A stretch of DNA of 63,875 bases, the filler included, from Octopus bimaculoides (taxonomy: Eukaryota): NCBI RefSeq assembly GCF_001194135.2. It is 5 parts of 5 records of this genome, joined end to end, with 100 filler letters (N's around TTAATTAATTAA, not from the genome) between each part and the next. Parts side by side here need not be neighbours in the genome. Positions count along the whole stretch, not along the records: positions 45,512 to 55,684 come from NC_068991.1; positions 55,785 to 62,676 come from NC_068997.1; 3 more parts are not named here. One strand, given 5' to 3'. Of this stretch, positions 49,564 to 62,225 are shown in pieces. A program made the position numbers and the translations under genes. The notes under the pieces are model-generated. The model was given only the letters and a program-made list of their open reading frames with translations, did no database searches and was not told where the DNA came from. How positions within the stretch are numbered: position 1 is the stretch's first letter; each line of letters begins with the position of its first letter.

Positions 49564-50079
49564 CTTTCTCAGCTTCCCGAACGTCAAATTAATACACCTG
49601 CTTGTTGTTTATACAGCTGTCTTCGTCTTTTGCTTTTCTGTAAACTTCAACTCCATACATACATACTTATACGCACATACACGTACGTACAAATATACGT
49701 GCAAGAACACTGATGTAAAACCTACGGTATTACGTGGTTACTTGTCATCCCGAAGAGTGAAGGAGTGGTATTCCTGTTGTTCAAGCTTTTGTCACTATAA
49801 TACAATGATGTACAGATGTCTCTTTATAATGACCTCATTCGTCAGTCCATCTCCTGAAAGTCTTATGGCAACAGAGAAGTGGTGACGTGTACAGACTTAA
49901 CCAGCTGAAAGCGCACAGTAGGTTATAACCTTCGTTTGTTATCTATTCTCCGAAAACATGCAGACCTGAAACGGTACAGAATTGTCATCTGAGAAGACAC
50001 GGACGGAGAGTCTGAAGAGTCATTGACAACGAGGAAACGCAAAGGAGACGGCAAGCGTCTGTGAAGATGAAGCAATGAC

Positions 50080-50690
50080 CATGTATGCATGTATGTATGT
50101 ATGTATGCATGTATGTATGCATGTATGTATGTGTGTATGTATGTATGCATGTATGTATGTGTGTATGTGTGTATGCATGTATGTATGTATGTGTGTATGT
50201 ATGTATGTATGTATGTATGTATGTGTGTATGCATGTATGTATGTATGCATGTATGTATGTATGTATGTATGTATGTGTGTATGTGTGTATGTATGTATGT
50301 ATGTATGTGTGTATGTGTATGTATGTATGTATATATGTATGTGTGTATGTGTGTATGTATGTATGTATGCATGCATGCATGTATGTATATATGTATGTAT
50401 GTATGTATGTGTGTGTGTGTGCGTGTGCGTGCATGTATGTGCATGTGTGTGCATGTGTATGTGTATATGTGTATATGTGTGTGCATATGTGTGTGCATAT
50501 GTGTGTGCATATGTGTGTGTATGTGTGTGCATATGTGTGTGTATGTGTGTGCATGTAATTGCATGTGTATGTGTGTGTATGTGTGTATGTATGTATGTGT
50601 TTGTATGTGTGTGTATGTATGTATGTATTTATGTATGTATGGACAAATGTGTGTGTGTGTGTGTGTTTGTATGCCTGCATTCGTGTGTTT
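50080..50690. repeat. (TATG)n/(TG)n compound low-complexity array
   Basis: Direct reading. Confidence 0.95.
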
Positions 50691-51314
50691 TTGTACTCGG
50701 TGATAAGACAGATGAGTACTGCACAGGATACACCATATTTAGTATTAGTGAAATTACTTTTGACTCAGAAAGTACTCAACAAATAATCACAAATTTAAAT
50801 TATATGGAGCTATGATATATACAGTAAAAGAATAGAAGGAAAAACAACACTTAACTACTGATAAGCTATGTAACGAAAATAAACCCAATCTTGCATCGTA
50901 GCAAATATTCTTCTATTGTACAATTTGTTTTTGGAACCGTATCTTTATGTAATCTAAAAGATACAGAATCTCTTTGTGACGAGCAAGCACAGCGGTTGAA
51001 TATATGACTGAAAGAAACGGACTAATAGGCAGAAAAACTGACATACCATTAGCCAACTAATGACGCTCAGAAGATCCGAGAACAAAAAGTGAAACAATTT
51101 CGAATTGCTCCACACAAAATTGACTTCCTAGTAGGATACATACTTACAAACTTGACAATATGACACATACATACTCCACTGATTGCACCATATTTACTCT
51201 CGTTTCCTTTCAAGTTTTCGATGTATATAAGTAGCAAGTTTGTGTGTATGCAAGTAGCTAGAATTAGAAATACAGCCGTCTCCCTGTTGATGACTGCTGC
51301 CGAAGTGAGAAACA

Positions 51315-51537
51315 TATGAGATGGTACTGAAAAGTTCCTGGCTTTAAGAGTATTGCGAAAGGTCTCTGGGTGGAGGACCAACCTTCCGAATTCTTTTACA
51401 GGTCTTAGAAAGATTGAAGAATCGCTGCAATAAGTGTGTAAATCTGAGAGAGGCATATGATTGAATAAAAATCATAATTAACTGATCTTCCTGTATTTTC
51501 ATTTCCCGAAAGCCAGGAATTTTTCAGCACCCCTTAT
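51315..51537. mobile_element. mariner-derived MITE
   Basis: TIRs GGTACTGAAAAGTTCCTGGCTTT / AAAGCCAGGAATTTTTCAGCACC. The interior keeps the transposase C-terminus (RCNKCV.LRE.Y.E). Confidence 0.8.
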
Positions 51538-51563
51538 ACATGTATGTATGTATGTAATATATA

Positions 51564-51910
51564 TACAGGGTTATTCAAAAAGAATGAACCGATTTCAATA
51601 CGCAATATTTCAATAAGGAAAAGCAATAGAAAACTCCAACTAAGTCACAAGTATTTACTCACAATAAACTTTTATTTCCTGTCCTACAGGTGTTCAATGT
51701 GGCCATCACTTGCAGCACGAGTAACATCAGTGCGATAAAAGAATTCCTCCCAGATGCTCTTTGTACTTGGCCTCACCGTGTGTGATTTTTGCTCGTGGGG
51801 ACATGTAAAAGATCGCGTTTGTGTTCCACCACCACCCACTAACCTCGATGACCTTAAACATCGAATAACAACAGCGATCAACTCAGTGGATCGTGATATG
51901 CTGATACCAC
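51564..51910 (+). mobile_element. Deleted rosa-like Tc1/mariner fragment
   Basis: TACAGGGT end. LT.CDF.SWGHVKDRV.VPP.PTNLDDLKHRITTAINSVDRDML. Confidence 0.65.
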
Positions 51911-52864
51911 CACCACTATATCTTCAATACACGCATTTACCTCTACTACGACTGTCATCAACCAACGGCTAGCTTCTTATTGCCGCCCCTGTAACACCTC
52001 TACAGCCATTGCCAGTACGCGAAATTTTTTTCCCACGAGTGTTCCGAACCCCAGTAATGTACTCATTTGCATATAGTCAATCAGAGCTGATTTTGACCTT
52101 GTTGTCAAGTTGACAAAGGTTGGCATTCAAAATGGCGACCTCCGATTGCCATGCGAATCTTGTATTGTGCTCTCATTCAGATGCCAATATCATCGATACT
52201 GAACATATTACGCTGGTTAGCGGTAAGTTTGAATTATCGAAAATCTCTAGTCAGTATGAAGACAATTGCTGTGAAACCAACTGCAGCGTCCAGGAGAAAG
52301 ATGGTTGGTGGTAGCAGAAACCGTATTGGTACTGGCAGACCATTGAAAGATTGTTTGGAAAGTGTGAAAGGAAAAGTGCTGTCCAACTCTCAGATTATGT
52401 CTAGACGCAAAGCCCAACATAACATTAGTGAATGTGTTCAAGACAACCAATCTCTTGGTAAAACGCACTCTACCAAGTAAACTCGGACCTCTTTGATTCC
52501 CATTTTACTTAAATGGACTCTCTTGGCCATTCGATGTTTTAAAAAAACATGTTTTTATAATTAAATATTATAAGGAATTGTGTAAAAAAATTCTCAAAAT
52601 ATTTTTTTGTATTGGAGAATTATAACCAATTTATAGCACAAAAATTTTAACAACAAAATCATACACGGTCCCTTAAGAGCCATAAGGACCCTGATTGAGA
52701 ATCGCTGGTATAGGCAAACATTTGTTGGCTGTTTATTGCTGATAATGTGCGTTTGCGCCTGAAATATAAAGATTATTAAACATTGCAGGAAAGTATCCGT
52801 CATCACTATTTTTCTGTTTCTATATGTATCTTAATGTATATATGACTTGATTTCTTTTTCTATG

Positions 52865-52985
52865 TCCAATCGCCTGCTCCATCGTCTCTCTCTCTCTCTC
52901 CCCTTCTTTCTCTCTCTCTCCCCTTCTTTCTCTCTCTCTCCCCTTCTTTCTCTCTCTCTCCCCTTCTTTCTCTCTCTCTCCCCTT
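52865..52985. repeat. 20-bp tandem repeat (CTCTCTCTCCCCTTCTTTCT)n running into a gap
   Basis: Direct reading. Confidence 0.9.
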
Positions 52986-53646
52986 NNNNNNNNNNNNNNN
53001 NNNNNNNNNNNNNNNNNNNNNNNNNNNNNNNNNNNNNNNNNNNNNNNNNNNNNNNNNNNNNNNNNNNNNNNNNNNNNNNNNNNNNNNNNNNNNNNNNNNN
53101 NNNNNNNNNNNNNNNNNNNNNNNNNNNNNNNNNNNNNNNNNNNNNNNNNNNNNNNNNNNNNNNNNNNNNNNNNNNNNNNNNNNNNNNNNNNNNNNNNNNN
53201 NNNNNNNNNNNNNNNNNNNNNNNNNNNNNNNNNNNNNNNNNNNNNNNNNNNNNNNNNNNNNNNNNNNNNNNNNNNNNNNNNNNNNNNNNNNNNNNNNNNN
53301 NNNNNNNNNNNNNNNNNNNNNNNNNNNNNNNNNNNNNNNNNNNNNNNNNNNNNNNNNNNNNNNNNNNNNNNNNNNNNNNNNNNNNNNNNNNNNNNNNNNN
53401 NNNNNNNNNNNNNNNNNNNNNNNNNNNNNNNNNNNNNNNNNNNNNNNNNNNNNNNNNNNNNNNNNNNNNNNNNNNNNNNNNNNNNNNNNNNNNNNNNNNN
53501 NNNNNNNNNNNNNNNNNNNNNNNNNNNNNNNNNNNNNNNNNNNNNNNNNNNNNNNNNNNNNNNNNNNNNNNNNNNNNNNNNNNNNNNNNNNNNNNNNNNN
53601 NNNNNNNNNNNNNNNNNNNNNNNNNNNNNNNNNNNNNNNNNNNNNN

Positions 53647-53704
53647 ACAACCACCACCACCACCACCACCACCACCGCTACAAACAACAACAGCCGGTAG
53701 ACCT

Positions 53705-53735
<31 letters not shown>

Positions 53736-53753
53736 CTACTACTACTGCTGCTG

Positions 53754-53804
<51 letters not shown>

Positions 53805-53805
53805 T
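53647..53805. repeat. (CCA)n/(CAA)n/(CTA)n microsatellites
   Basis: Direct reading. Confidence 0.9.
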
Positions 53806-54315
53806 CATAGCAAGAACAACACCAATGTCTCGATAAAATTTATAGAATAATTGTCTGGAGGTGCAGATATATTCATGAAGTGAACGCTCCCTTGATTCTT
53901 CACTTTCGTAATTTAGAATTCTCGTGCAGAATATGTGACTAAAGGAGTACAGAAGCCTGATTAGGTAATTGATATAATATTTTAATGAGCCTAATTTGTG
54001 CAGCATTTGTTGTAAATATCTTTGTAGGCAATTGTTTATTTTACAGTTTTTGTCGGGTCATATGAAAACGAAAAGTTCATTCCTTTCGGTCTAATCCGGT
54101 ATGTACGTATGTGTATATGTATGTATGTATATATACGAGATGACAGCGCTAAGCAGTGATGTGAATGAATATATACTTGTTACCAGTTCAAATCTGCTTG
54201 AGATATATTCGAACCTGTAAGAAAGCCATTCACTGTATTTTGTCATGGGGAAAATTTCTCGCTTGTAGACAAATAGGTATAAATACGAATTAGTTCACAG
54301 CGCCCTCTAAAAAGA

Positions 54316-54363
54316 CTGTTGGATGCATGTACTTCGGAGTGATTATCTCCTCATCAGCAGCAG
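54316..54363 (-). ncRNA. Minimal hammerhead motif, partly decayed
   Basis: CTGCTG-CTGATGA-GGAG-ataatca-CTCC-GAA-GTACATGCAT-C-CAACAG (A15.1 replaced by G). Confidence 0.55.
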
Positions 54364-54434
54364 AGACCAGAAGGGCAGATGCTGCGAATTGATACGAAGG
54401 ACAGGTCCTTCCTATGATATTTCTGTCATTGTTC

Positions 54435-55045
54435 AATGACTAAGAAGTAATATTTATCGCCGTGGAGGCGCAATGGCCCAGTGGTTAGGGCAGCGGACTC
54501 GCGGTCATAGGATCGCGGTTTCGATTCCCAGACCGGGCGTTGTGAGTGTTTATTGAGCAAAAACACCTAAAGCTCCACGAGGCTCCGGCAGGGGATGGTG
54601 GCGAACCCTGCTGTACTCTTTCACCACATCTTTCTCTCACTCTTTTTCCTGTTTCTGTTGTGCCTGTAATTCAAAGGGTCAGCCTTGTCACACTGTGTCA
54701 TGCTGAATATCCCCGAGAACTACGTTAAGGGTATACGTGTCTGTGGAGTGCTCAGCCACTTGCACGTTAATTTCACGAGCAGGCTGTTCCGTTGATCGGA
54801 TCAAATGGAACCCTTGACGTCGTAAGCGACGGAGTGCCAACAACAACAACAATATTTATCGCCACTTAGACGTGGATTTTTTATTAGGACAAACTTCATT
54901 GTGGTAGTTACCACGTGAGAAACTTTTATATTGACTTTTTTGTGCAAAATGCACTTTGTTTATATAGTGCTTATAACTACCGCAGTAAAGTTTGTTCTAA
55001 AAAACATCCACGTTTAAGTGGGGATAGCTATTACCTCTCGTCATA
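54435..55045. mobile_element. Hairpin MITE whose left arm is interrupted by the 54462 SINE
   Basis: TATCGCCACTTAGACGTGGA...GTGGTAGTTA versus TAACTACCGC...TCCACGTTTAAGTGGGGATA. The arm continues left of the SINE. Confidence 0.65.
54462..54850 (+). mobile_element. Full-length tRNA-derived SINE with (CAA)n tail and 13-bp TSD
   Basis: TSD AATATTTATCGCC at 54449-54461 and 54851-54863. Other family members at 14203-14412 and 63380-63555 (-). Confidence 0.92.
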
Positions 55046-55784
55046 AATACTGTCTCTGTCGCTAATATATACGTTTAATGACCGTCTGCGCTACTCAGCG
55101 GCTCGCCGTAAATAAAATATAGGGTGACAGCGCTAGGATGTGGTGTGCATCGGTACAAACATGTTACCAGTTGAATTATACTCAGGCATACTCAGGAAAC
55201 CGTAAAAAGGCCATTCACTCAATTTTGACATGGAGAAAATTTCTCGCTGGAGACCAGTGGTTCTTAACTGGGGCTTATATGACTCTTGGGGGGTCAATAT
55301 AAGATTTTTTGTTACAATTTATCAACAATGAATTGGTTATAATTCTTCTTCAATATATAAACATATTTTAACAGTGTTTTTTTTTTTGATAAAATTCCTA
55401 ACAATATCTAATTATAAAAAAATATAATAAGATTTTTGTTAATGACTATGGGAAGTACAGTAGAGTAAATAAGAATCAAAGGATTCATGATCCAAAAGTG
55501 GCTAAAAGTCACTGCTGTAGAGAAATTAGTGTAGGCATAGCGATACTCATAATCAATTGTTAGAACCCAATATGCGAAGTCCTACTGTATGATAGCATTT
55601 GGTAGCCGACAACCGCAGAGGAGCACTATGAGGATTATTTTTATCCAGATTATGTCACAATATATATATATATATATATATATANNNNNNNNNNNNNNNN
55701 NNNNNNNNNNNNNNNNNNNNNNNNNNNNTTAATTAATTAANNNNNNNNNNNNNNNNNNNNNNNNNNNNNNNNNNNNNNNNNNNN

Positions 55785-57290
55785 GGCCCAATGTTCGAAG
55801 GTCGTGCGTTACCACCTCATCCCAGGTCTTCCTGCGCCTACCTCTTCCACAGGTTCCCTCAACTGTTAAGGTGTGGCACTTTTTCACACAGCTATCCTCA
55901 TCCATTCTCGCTACATGACCATACCAGCGCAGTCATCTCTCTTGCACACTACAACTGATTCTTCGTAAGTTCAACTTTTCTCTCAAGGTACTGGTACTCT
56001 GTCTAGTATGCACACTGACATTACACATCCATCGGAGCATACTGGCTTCATTCCTTGCGAGCCTACGCATGTCCTCAGCGGTCATGGCCCATGTTTCACT
56101 GCCATGAAGCATGCGTCATACAATCTGCCTTTTACTCTGAGAAAGAGACCCTTTGTCGCTAGCAGAGGTAAGAACTCTCTGAACTTTGCCCAGGCTATTC
56201 TAATTCTAGCAGCTACGCTTTCAGCGCACCCACCTCCACTGCTAATTTGGTCACCAAGATAGCGGAAGCTATCAACCACTTCTAGTTTTTCTCCCTGGAA
56301 TGTGGCAGAAGTTGTTTTCTGCACATTTCCAGTATTTATAGCTCCAGAACATCTGCTGCAAACAAAAACTAACTTCCTAGTTAACCTTCCTTTGATATTG
56401 CTGCACCTCTTATGTGTCCATAGCTTGCACTGGGTGCATCTTATAGAGTTACTTCCCTCTCCTTTTCTACATATCGAGCAGGGCCATCTACCTNNNNNNN
56501 NNNNNNNNNNNNNNNNNNNNNNNNNNNNNNNNNNNNNNNNNNNNNNNNNNNNNNNNNNNNNNNNNNNNNNNNNNNNNNNNNNNNNNNNNNNNNNNNNNNN
56601 NNNNNNNNNNNNNNNNNNNNNNNNNNNNNNNNNNNNNNNNNNNNNNNNNNNNNNNNNNNNNNNNNNNNNNNNNNNNNNNNNNNNNNNNNNNNNNNNNNNN
56701 NNNNNNNNNNNNNNNNNNNNNNNNNNNNNNNNNNNNNNNNNNNNNNNNNNNNNNNNNNNNNNNNNNNNNNNNNNNNNNNNNNNNNNNNNNNNNNNNNNNN
56801 NNNNNNNNNNNNNNNNNNNNNNNNNNNNNNNNNNNNNNNNNNNNNNNNNNNNNNNNNNNNNNNNNNNNNNNNNNNNNNNNNNNNNNNNNNNNNNNNNNNN
56901 NNCACCTTACTGACAGAGTTTCTGTACATGGCTCGCACAGCTCTCACTAACCATTCTTCTATCCCTAGTTTCCTCATTGACCACCAGATGAGAGATCGGG
57001 GGACCCCGTCAAAGGCTTTCTCCATATCAACGAAAGCCAGGAACAGAGGTTTGTCCTTGGCTAGGTATTTCTCCTGGAGCTGTCTTACCAGAAATATAGC
57101 ATCAGTGGTGCTTTTCCCAGGCACAAAACCAAACTGCATCTCATCTAAGCTGACTCGCTCCCTAAGCAGTTGAGCTATGACCCTCTCCGTGATTTTCATT
57201 ACCTGATCTAAAAGCTTGATACCTCTGTAATTATTTGTATCTAAAGCGTCACCTTTACCTTTGTAGCAGTTGATTATGGTGCTGCTACAC
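55785..57290 (-). mobile_element. RTE LINE RT region with internal gap
   Basis: QFGFVPGKSTTDAIFLVRQLQEKY...FVDMEKAFD.VPR and the C-terminal AWAKFRE...RLRWYGHV. Confidence 0.92.
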
Positions 57291-57299
57291 CAGTCATTG

Positions 57300-57345
<46 letters not shown>

Positions 57346-58139
57346 TGGTTCATTCCAGAAGTATTGAGACTTTTACAGAGAAGACATGACTACGCCCATG
57401 CTGGGGCACCACTTTGAAGAATTTTAGTGAAATGAATTGACCCCAGTACTTATTATTTTTTGTAAAGCCTGGCATAATTCTGTTGGTCTCTTTTCCTGAA
57501 CTGCTAAGTTACAGGGACGTAAGCTGCTCAACCAGAAGAAACTTGCCCAAAGTACAGCACAAAGGGGTTCAAACTTGGAACCACATTCGTGCAAAACCAG
57601 CTTCTTAACCATGCTGCCAGTCATTGCTAAGTAAAACATTTCAGCATGAGTCTTAACACGTTTAATGCAAGCACCATTAAAATGTTAACTTGAAATAATT
57701 ATGCAAAACCTTCACCATATGTAAAATATTGCCAATAATAAATTCAATATATGAAACCTCATAAAAATCATTATTATGTATAATTAACAAACATTAGTTA
57801 TTACCTCGATAAAATAAAACTACAGAGCAGTGATCTGATACTTGAAAATAGTTTGAGACAGAACAAATGTTACTCTGTTACAAAGTGTGAACAGACATTC
57901 AAATAATAATTCTGTGAATATTTCCTGGTAATTTAAAGAACACACAAGAAAACTTTGGTATGTAGTAAAATAGAATTAAGATAATGGAACACGCTAATAT
58001 TATAAAACAGCCAAACACGTGATGTCAAAGATAATTCTCTGTTTTGTATCTTATGTATAATGTATGCATGAATACATACATGCACTCAAACATACATGCA
58101 TGCATGTAGTTTAAATTTGACGACTTTTGTCTCCTTTTT

Positions 58140-58860
58140 TCAGGATATTTTGGTGAACTGTCAACAGCATTGGAGAGCATTAAAATAAAAGTTGAAGAAA
58201 AGTTAGTTGACATGGAAGACTGGAGACCATCTGAATATTGGAAAAGCGTTGTGTGATGATGATTTGTGCCAGGTATCAAAATGTCGAAACCATGACTGTT
58301 GCTCAATGCTCTGTAAACACTTTGAAGGCAGTACGAGACTATGAAGCCATGGCTAGCAAGAAGGGGCACAGAAGGAGCACAGAAGGTGCTCTCATTGCTT
58401 CTGTATGCTGAGTTCATCCAACAAGTGTTGTACAGGGCCTTAGGTTCAATTCAGTTTGGCTTTGAGAAGAAGCTGCTGGGGACTGGGGTTAAACCCTGGC
58501 TGCTAGAAAGCTATATGTGTGTGTCAGCAGGGTTCGAGTCCTTAGCACACCTCTGGGAAAAGTCAGAAATGGTTGTCAGAGAATTTCTACAACTTCACGA
58601 GACCCAATTATTTCAGGCCCCCTAATTTCTCTGATGGTAATCCCATGGATTACTATGTGTGGGGTGCAAATGAGAAAGGCACCAACCACCCTGCCTGAGC
58701 TGGCGACCAGGATCAAGGATCAGGGACACTGATTAATGCATGCACCAGGTTCTGGAGCTGCCTCAAGACCATGGTGGAAGCTGAGGGCAGCTACTTTGAG
58801 GGCAGGTGTTATCTCCCAACCAAAATCTAATTGATTTTTGGATGGCATATTGTGTTTTCT
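58140..58860 (+). mobile_element. Decayed maT-like transposon
   Basis: The N-terminus MEDWRPSEYWK parallels MTQFTLPEIWKR of the 11219 copy. Later VKPWL...QKWLSENF and NPMDYYVWG. Confidence 0.65.
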
Positions 58861-61247
58861 TTTCCTTTTATGCAAACTATCAAAAATATGGGTTTTAAAA
58901 CAGAAAAGATGTAAAATGAGTAAATCATAAGTTGAGCTCAGTCATGGAATGAATTAAACTCATATTGCAATGTATCGCTGCATTTGAAAAATATCTTGTA
59001 TATTTTAAGATTCTTCAAAATTGAAAAGAAAGAAATTTAGGACTGAAAGATTCAGATGTTATGCCTCTCTCTTTACTTATCCTTACCATTTCAGCATTCA
59101 AAGTCATAGAAGTCATCATTTTTGAACACACCTCTCTCTCTCTCTCTTCCTCTCTTTCTTTTACCCTTTGCGTTTCTTCTTTCTCCTTCTCTCTCTCTTA
59201 TTGGTGATTCACTCTCTCACTAAACATCAATAAGTGGAACAATGATTCACTTTGACCAAAGGAATATAACAAGTAAATTGAGTGTTAAGAGTCGGGGATG
59301 AAATAGTCAGCAGAAGAAACGGCTGAGATTTTGGATATTGTTAGGTTTAATGAGGAAGTCTGTATTGGGGTGAGGTGGTGGGTGGGGGTTGTAGTAGTGT
59401 TTGGAGAGGAAATTTTGGAGAAAGAAGAAAGATCTGAAGAGTGTAATGTCCCCCCCAGGAGCAAAGACTGACTGTAGCTTCTGAATTTTCTCATGATTCA
59501 TATCCATTGCTGTTGTTGCTATTGAAATTATTTAGCCCTAGGCCAAACCCTGCTCAAGCAGATCAATGATCAAAAATACACAAGCTGTGATCATTGCTCT
59601 TTCTTTCTAAGGTTTCCATAGAACTGCATTACTTAAGATAGTAGGGTATCGTTTTATTTCATGGAATTTGGTTGCTATTTCTAGCAAGCTGGCCAACTAT
59701 AAGGTTCTGTCTTTCTATGCTTCTGGTGGAAGCAGTAAACAGGGATCTTTTGAATCAGTAGGGTTTCCTTGAAGAACAAGGATATGATTCACTCCTCTCT
59801 TGAAATAATGTGCCAGGCCAGGTAAGGCATGGGGACATGCATTGTTGCTGTGCATTGCTGCAGTGCATTTCTGCAGTGCATTGCTGCAGTCAGTATTTGT
59901 CAGTATTTGCTGGGGTCATCCCAGGCAATCCTCTGAGCAGTGTCCTAGTCAGTCCCCTGCTCTGGGAATTACCACTTCATCAGCTGTGATCATGTGGCCA
60001 ACCAGCATGAGCCTATCATCACCTCAGCCAGATCCTCAGAGCTTTTCATCAGAGCATTTCTCCTCATTGAGAATGGAAATGATGTGTGCTTGGTATTAAT
60101 TAAATATTACCAAATTCACTGCCCCAAATGTAAGTTTTAATAAAATAAAAATCTTTCTTTTGCCTGAGAATGGGAATGTCTGGCAAAAGAGCTGAGAATA
60201 TTAGCAGCTGACAGATTATTGGATTTGAAATGCTGCCGAGGAGGAGTAAAGTGTTGTGTCTAAGGGTGGTAGAGAGATAGCAGTGATAAACAAAATATTA
60301 TTGATGAAGAAAAGAGAAAGTGTCAAGGAGATAATAGACTTTATTTTAGTTTACTTCAACAAGTTGAGTTAAGTAGATAATGATATCAAAGTAAATGACA
60401 GGGAATAAACTAGCTTTTGTTGATACAAAGCTCCGAAAAGAAGCCAAGATGGCAGCTAAATTATGACAAACAAAAGAACTCTAACAAAAGACAAGTGACG
60501 CTTTTAGATTTGATATTTATCACCTTATGAATTTTTCATAACTTTAAATGCCAAATCATTTCCTAAACCAAGAAATTAGAATAAATTTGCTGTTGTCCAC
60601 TTTTCTTTGCAGTAATTCTTTTACCATATTTCCTGTCTGTCATATTTCTAGTCCATACTAACATTCTTTTCGCCTCCAGGAATTTCATGGATACAAACAA
60701 TAGAAATTACCAGTCACAGAATACATAAATATTGCTGTATTTTTCGGTGATACAATTGAACTAGAAGCGTAATGTAATATATAAACATAATTCAAGTATA
60801 TGGAAGTTTGGAACTGGCTTATTGGAATCAAAATTGCAATGCTTCAGTTTTCCATAAATTGATCTGTTAGCATCACTTATAAATATTGTCAACACAATCC
60901 AGTGTTTGCAGTTTTATTTTAACAGAACCAGCAACACTTGTGAAAAACAGAATATATCCTTCACATAATTATACTCAGTGTAGATCTGCCAATAAAATTT
61001 CTTTTGAATTTCAATGCTGCAAATCAATAAAACCTACCAAAACTAAAAGAGACACCTTGCAATGTTTCCCTTCATATTCTGAGCATAGAAATAAAAGAAA
61101 AAAGAAATCTGTGTTTTTACACTACAAAGTTTTGATGTAATTTGAGAAAAGCCTAAAGGGGAAGTTGTCAAAATTTACTTACCAGAAATATATCTAAGCA
61201 AATTGAAGAACCCAGTTTTCCACAAAATTACGGGGATAATAATAATT

Positions 61248-61317
<70 letters not shown>

Positions 61318-61854
61318 CAACTGTGTAAAGCAAAACAGCTGAAAACTCTGCCTAAAAGTATTTCCTGCAGATAAAAACTAGATTGGAATGAAAGTATTTT
61401 TTTAATCTGGTCATGTTTAATCAATTCTAACAATGAAAAATATAGTGAAAAATGAACTTCTTGAATTTATTTAATAATTTAATCAAGGAAGGAGAGGCAA
61501 AATTATAGACATGCCTGCTTCACAGAGGTAGAGAAAGTTGTTCTGATCCTAATATGGTCAATGTTCACTTTTAATATTGGAAGATTGTTGTTGTTGTTGT
61601 CATCATTGTTTAGCTCCAGATTGATTCTTCTTAAACAGGTTTATGATGGAAGGAGTAGCAGTTATGTCAATCTCAGGTCATTAGGAGTATTTAGGAGTAC
61701 AGTATATAATGTGGTAAGTTTTCTTTTTCAGGCAATAAGGGTGTTTCTTGAGGGATATTTAGCTACTATAAAGTCTCTCAGAGAAACCAGAGAAGAATAG
61801 GGAAAATGAAGTTTTAAAAGAAACCAGAAACAAGAAGAAAAGATGGCACAAGGC

Positions 61855-62225
61855 CAGCAATTTTGGAAGTGGAGGTAAGTCAAATACATCAAAATTATAA
61901 AAGACAAAGCCAGCTTTGGTGGAATTTGAACTCAGAATGCAAAGACATGAAATGCCACTAAACATTTGGCTCATCTGTTAAGAACTCTGCCAGCTCTCAA
62001 CTTTTGTAATAAACAATAAAAATAAGGATTTAAAATGTTACCACAACACCAAGAATTTCAAAGGAGCAGGTAAGTTGATTACATTGACCACAGTACTAAA
62101 TTGGTACTATTTTATTGACCCCAAGGGAATTAAAGGCAAAGTCGACCTTGGTGGAATTCGAACTCAGAGTATGAAGATGAATGAAATGCCAGTAATGATT
62201 CTGCTAATGATTCTGCCAGGCATTT
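61855..62225 (-). mobile_element. Two tandem SINE copies (GGCGGCGAGCTGGCAGAA family)
   Basis: GGTGGAATT..AACTCAGA...CTGCCAG blocks on the + strand. Confidence 0.65.

Noticed and set aside
58144-58256. Apparent + strand terminal exon (ttttcag|GA TAT TTT GGT...YFGELSTALESIKIKVEEKLVDMEDWRPSEYWKSVV*)
   Set aside because: MEDWRPSEYWK aligns with the N-terminus of the maT transposase at 11350, and maT motifs follow, so this is a transposon 5' region.
61153-61163. Possible 11-nt minus-strand microexon (ttgcttag|ATATATTTCTG|gtaagt)
   Set aside because: It would shift the frame, has no Sec8 similarity, and lies beyond two scaffold joins from the known exons.
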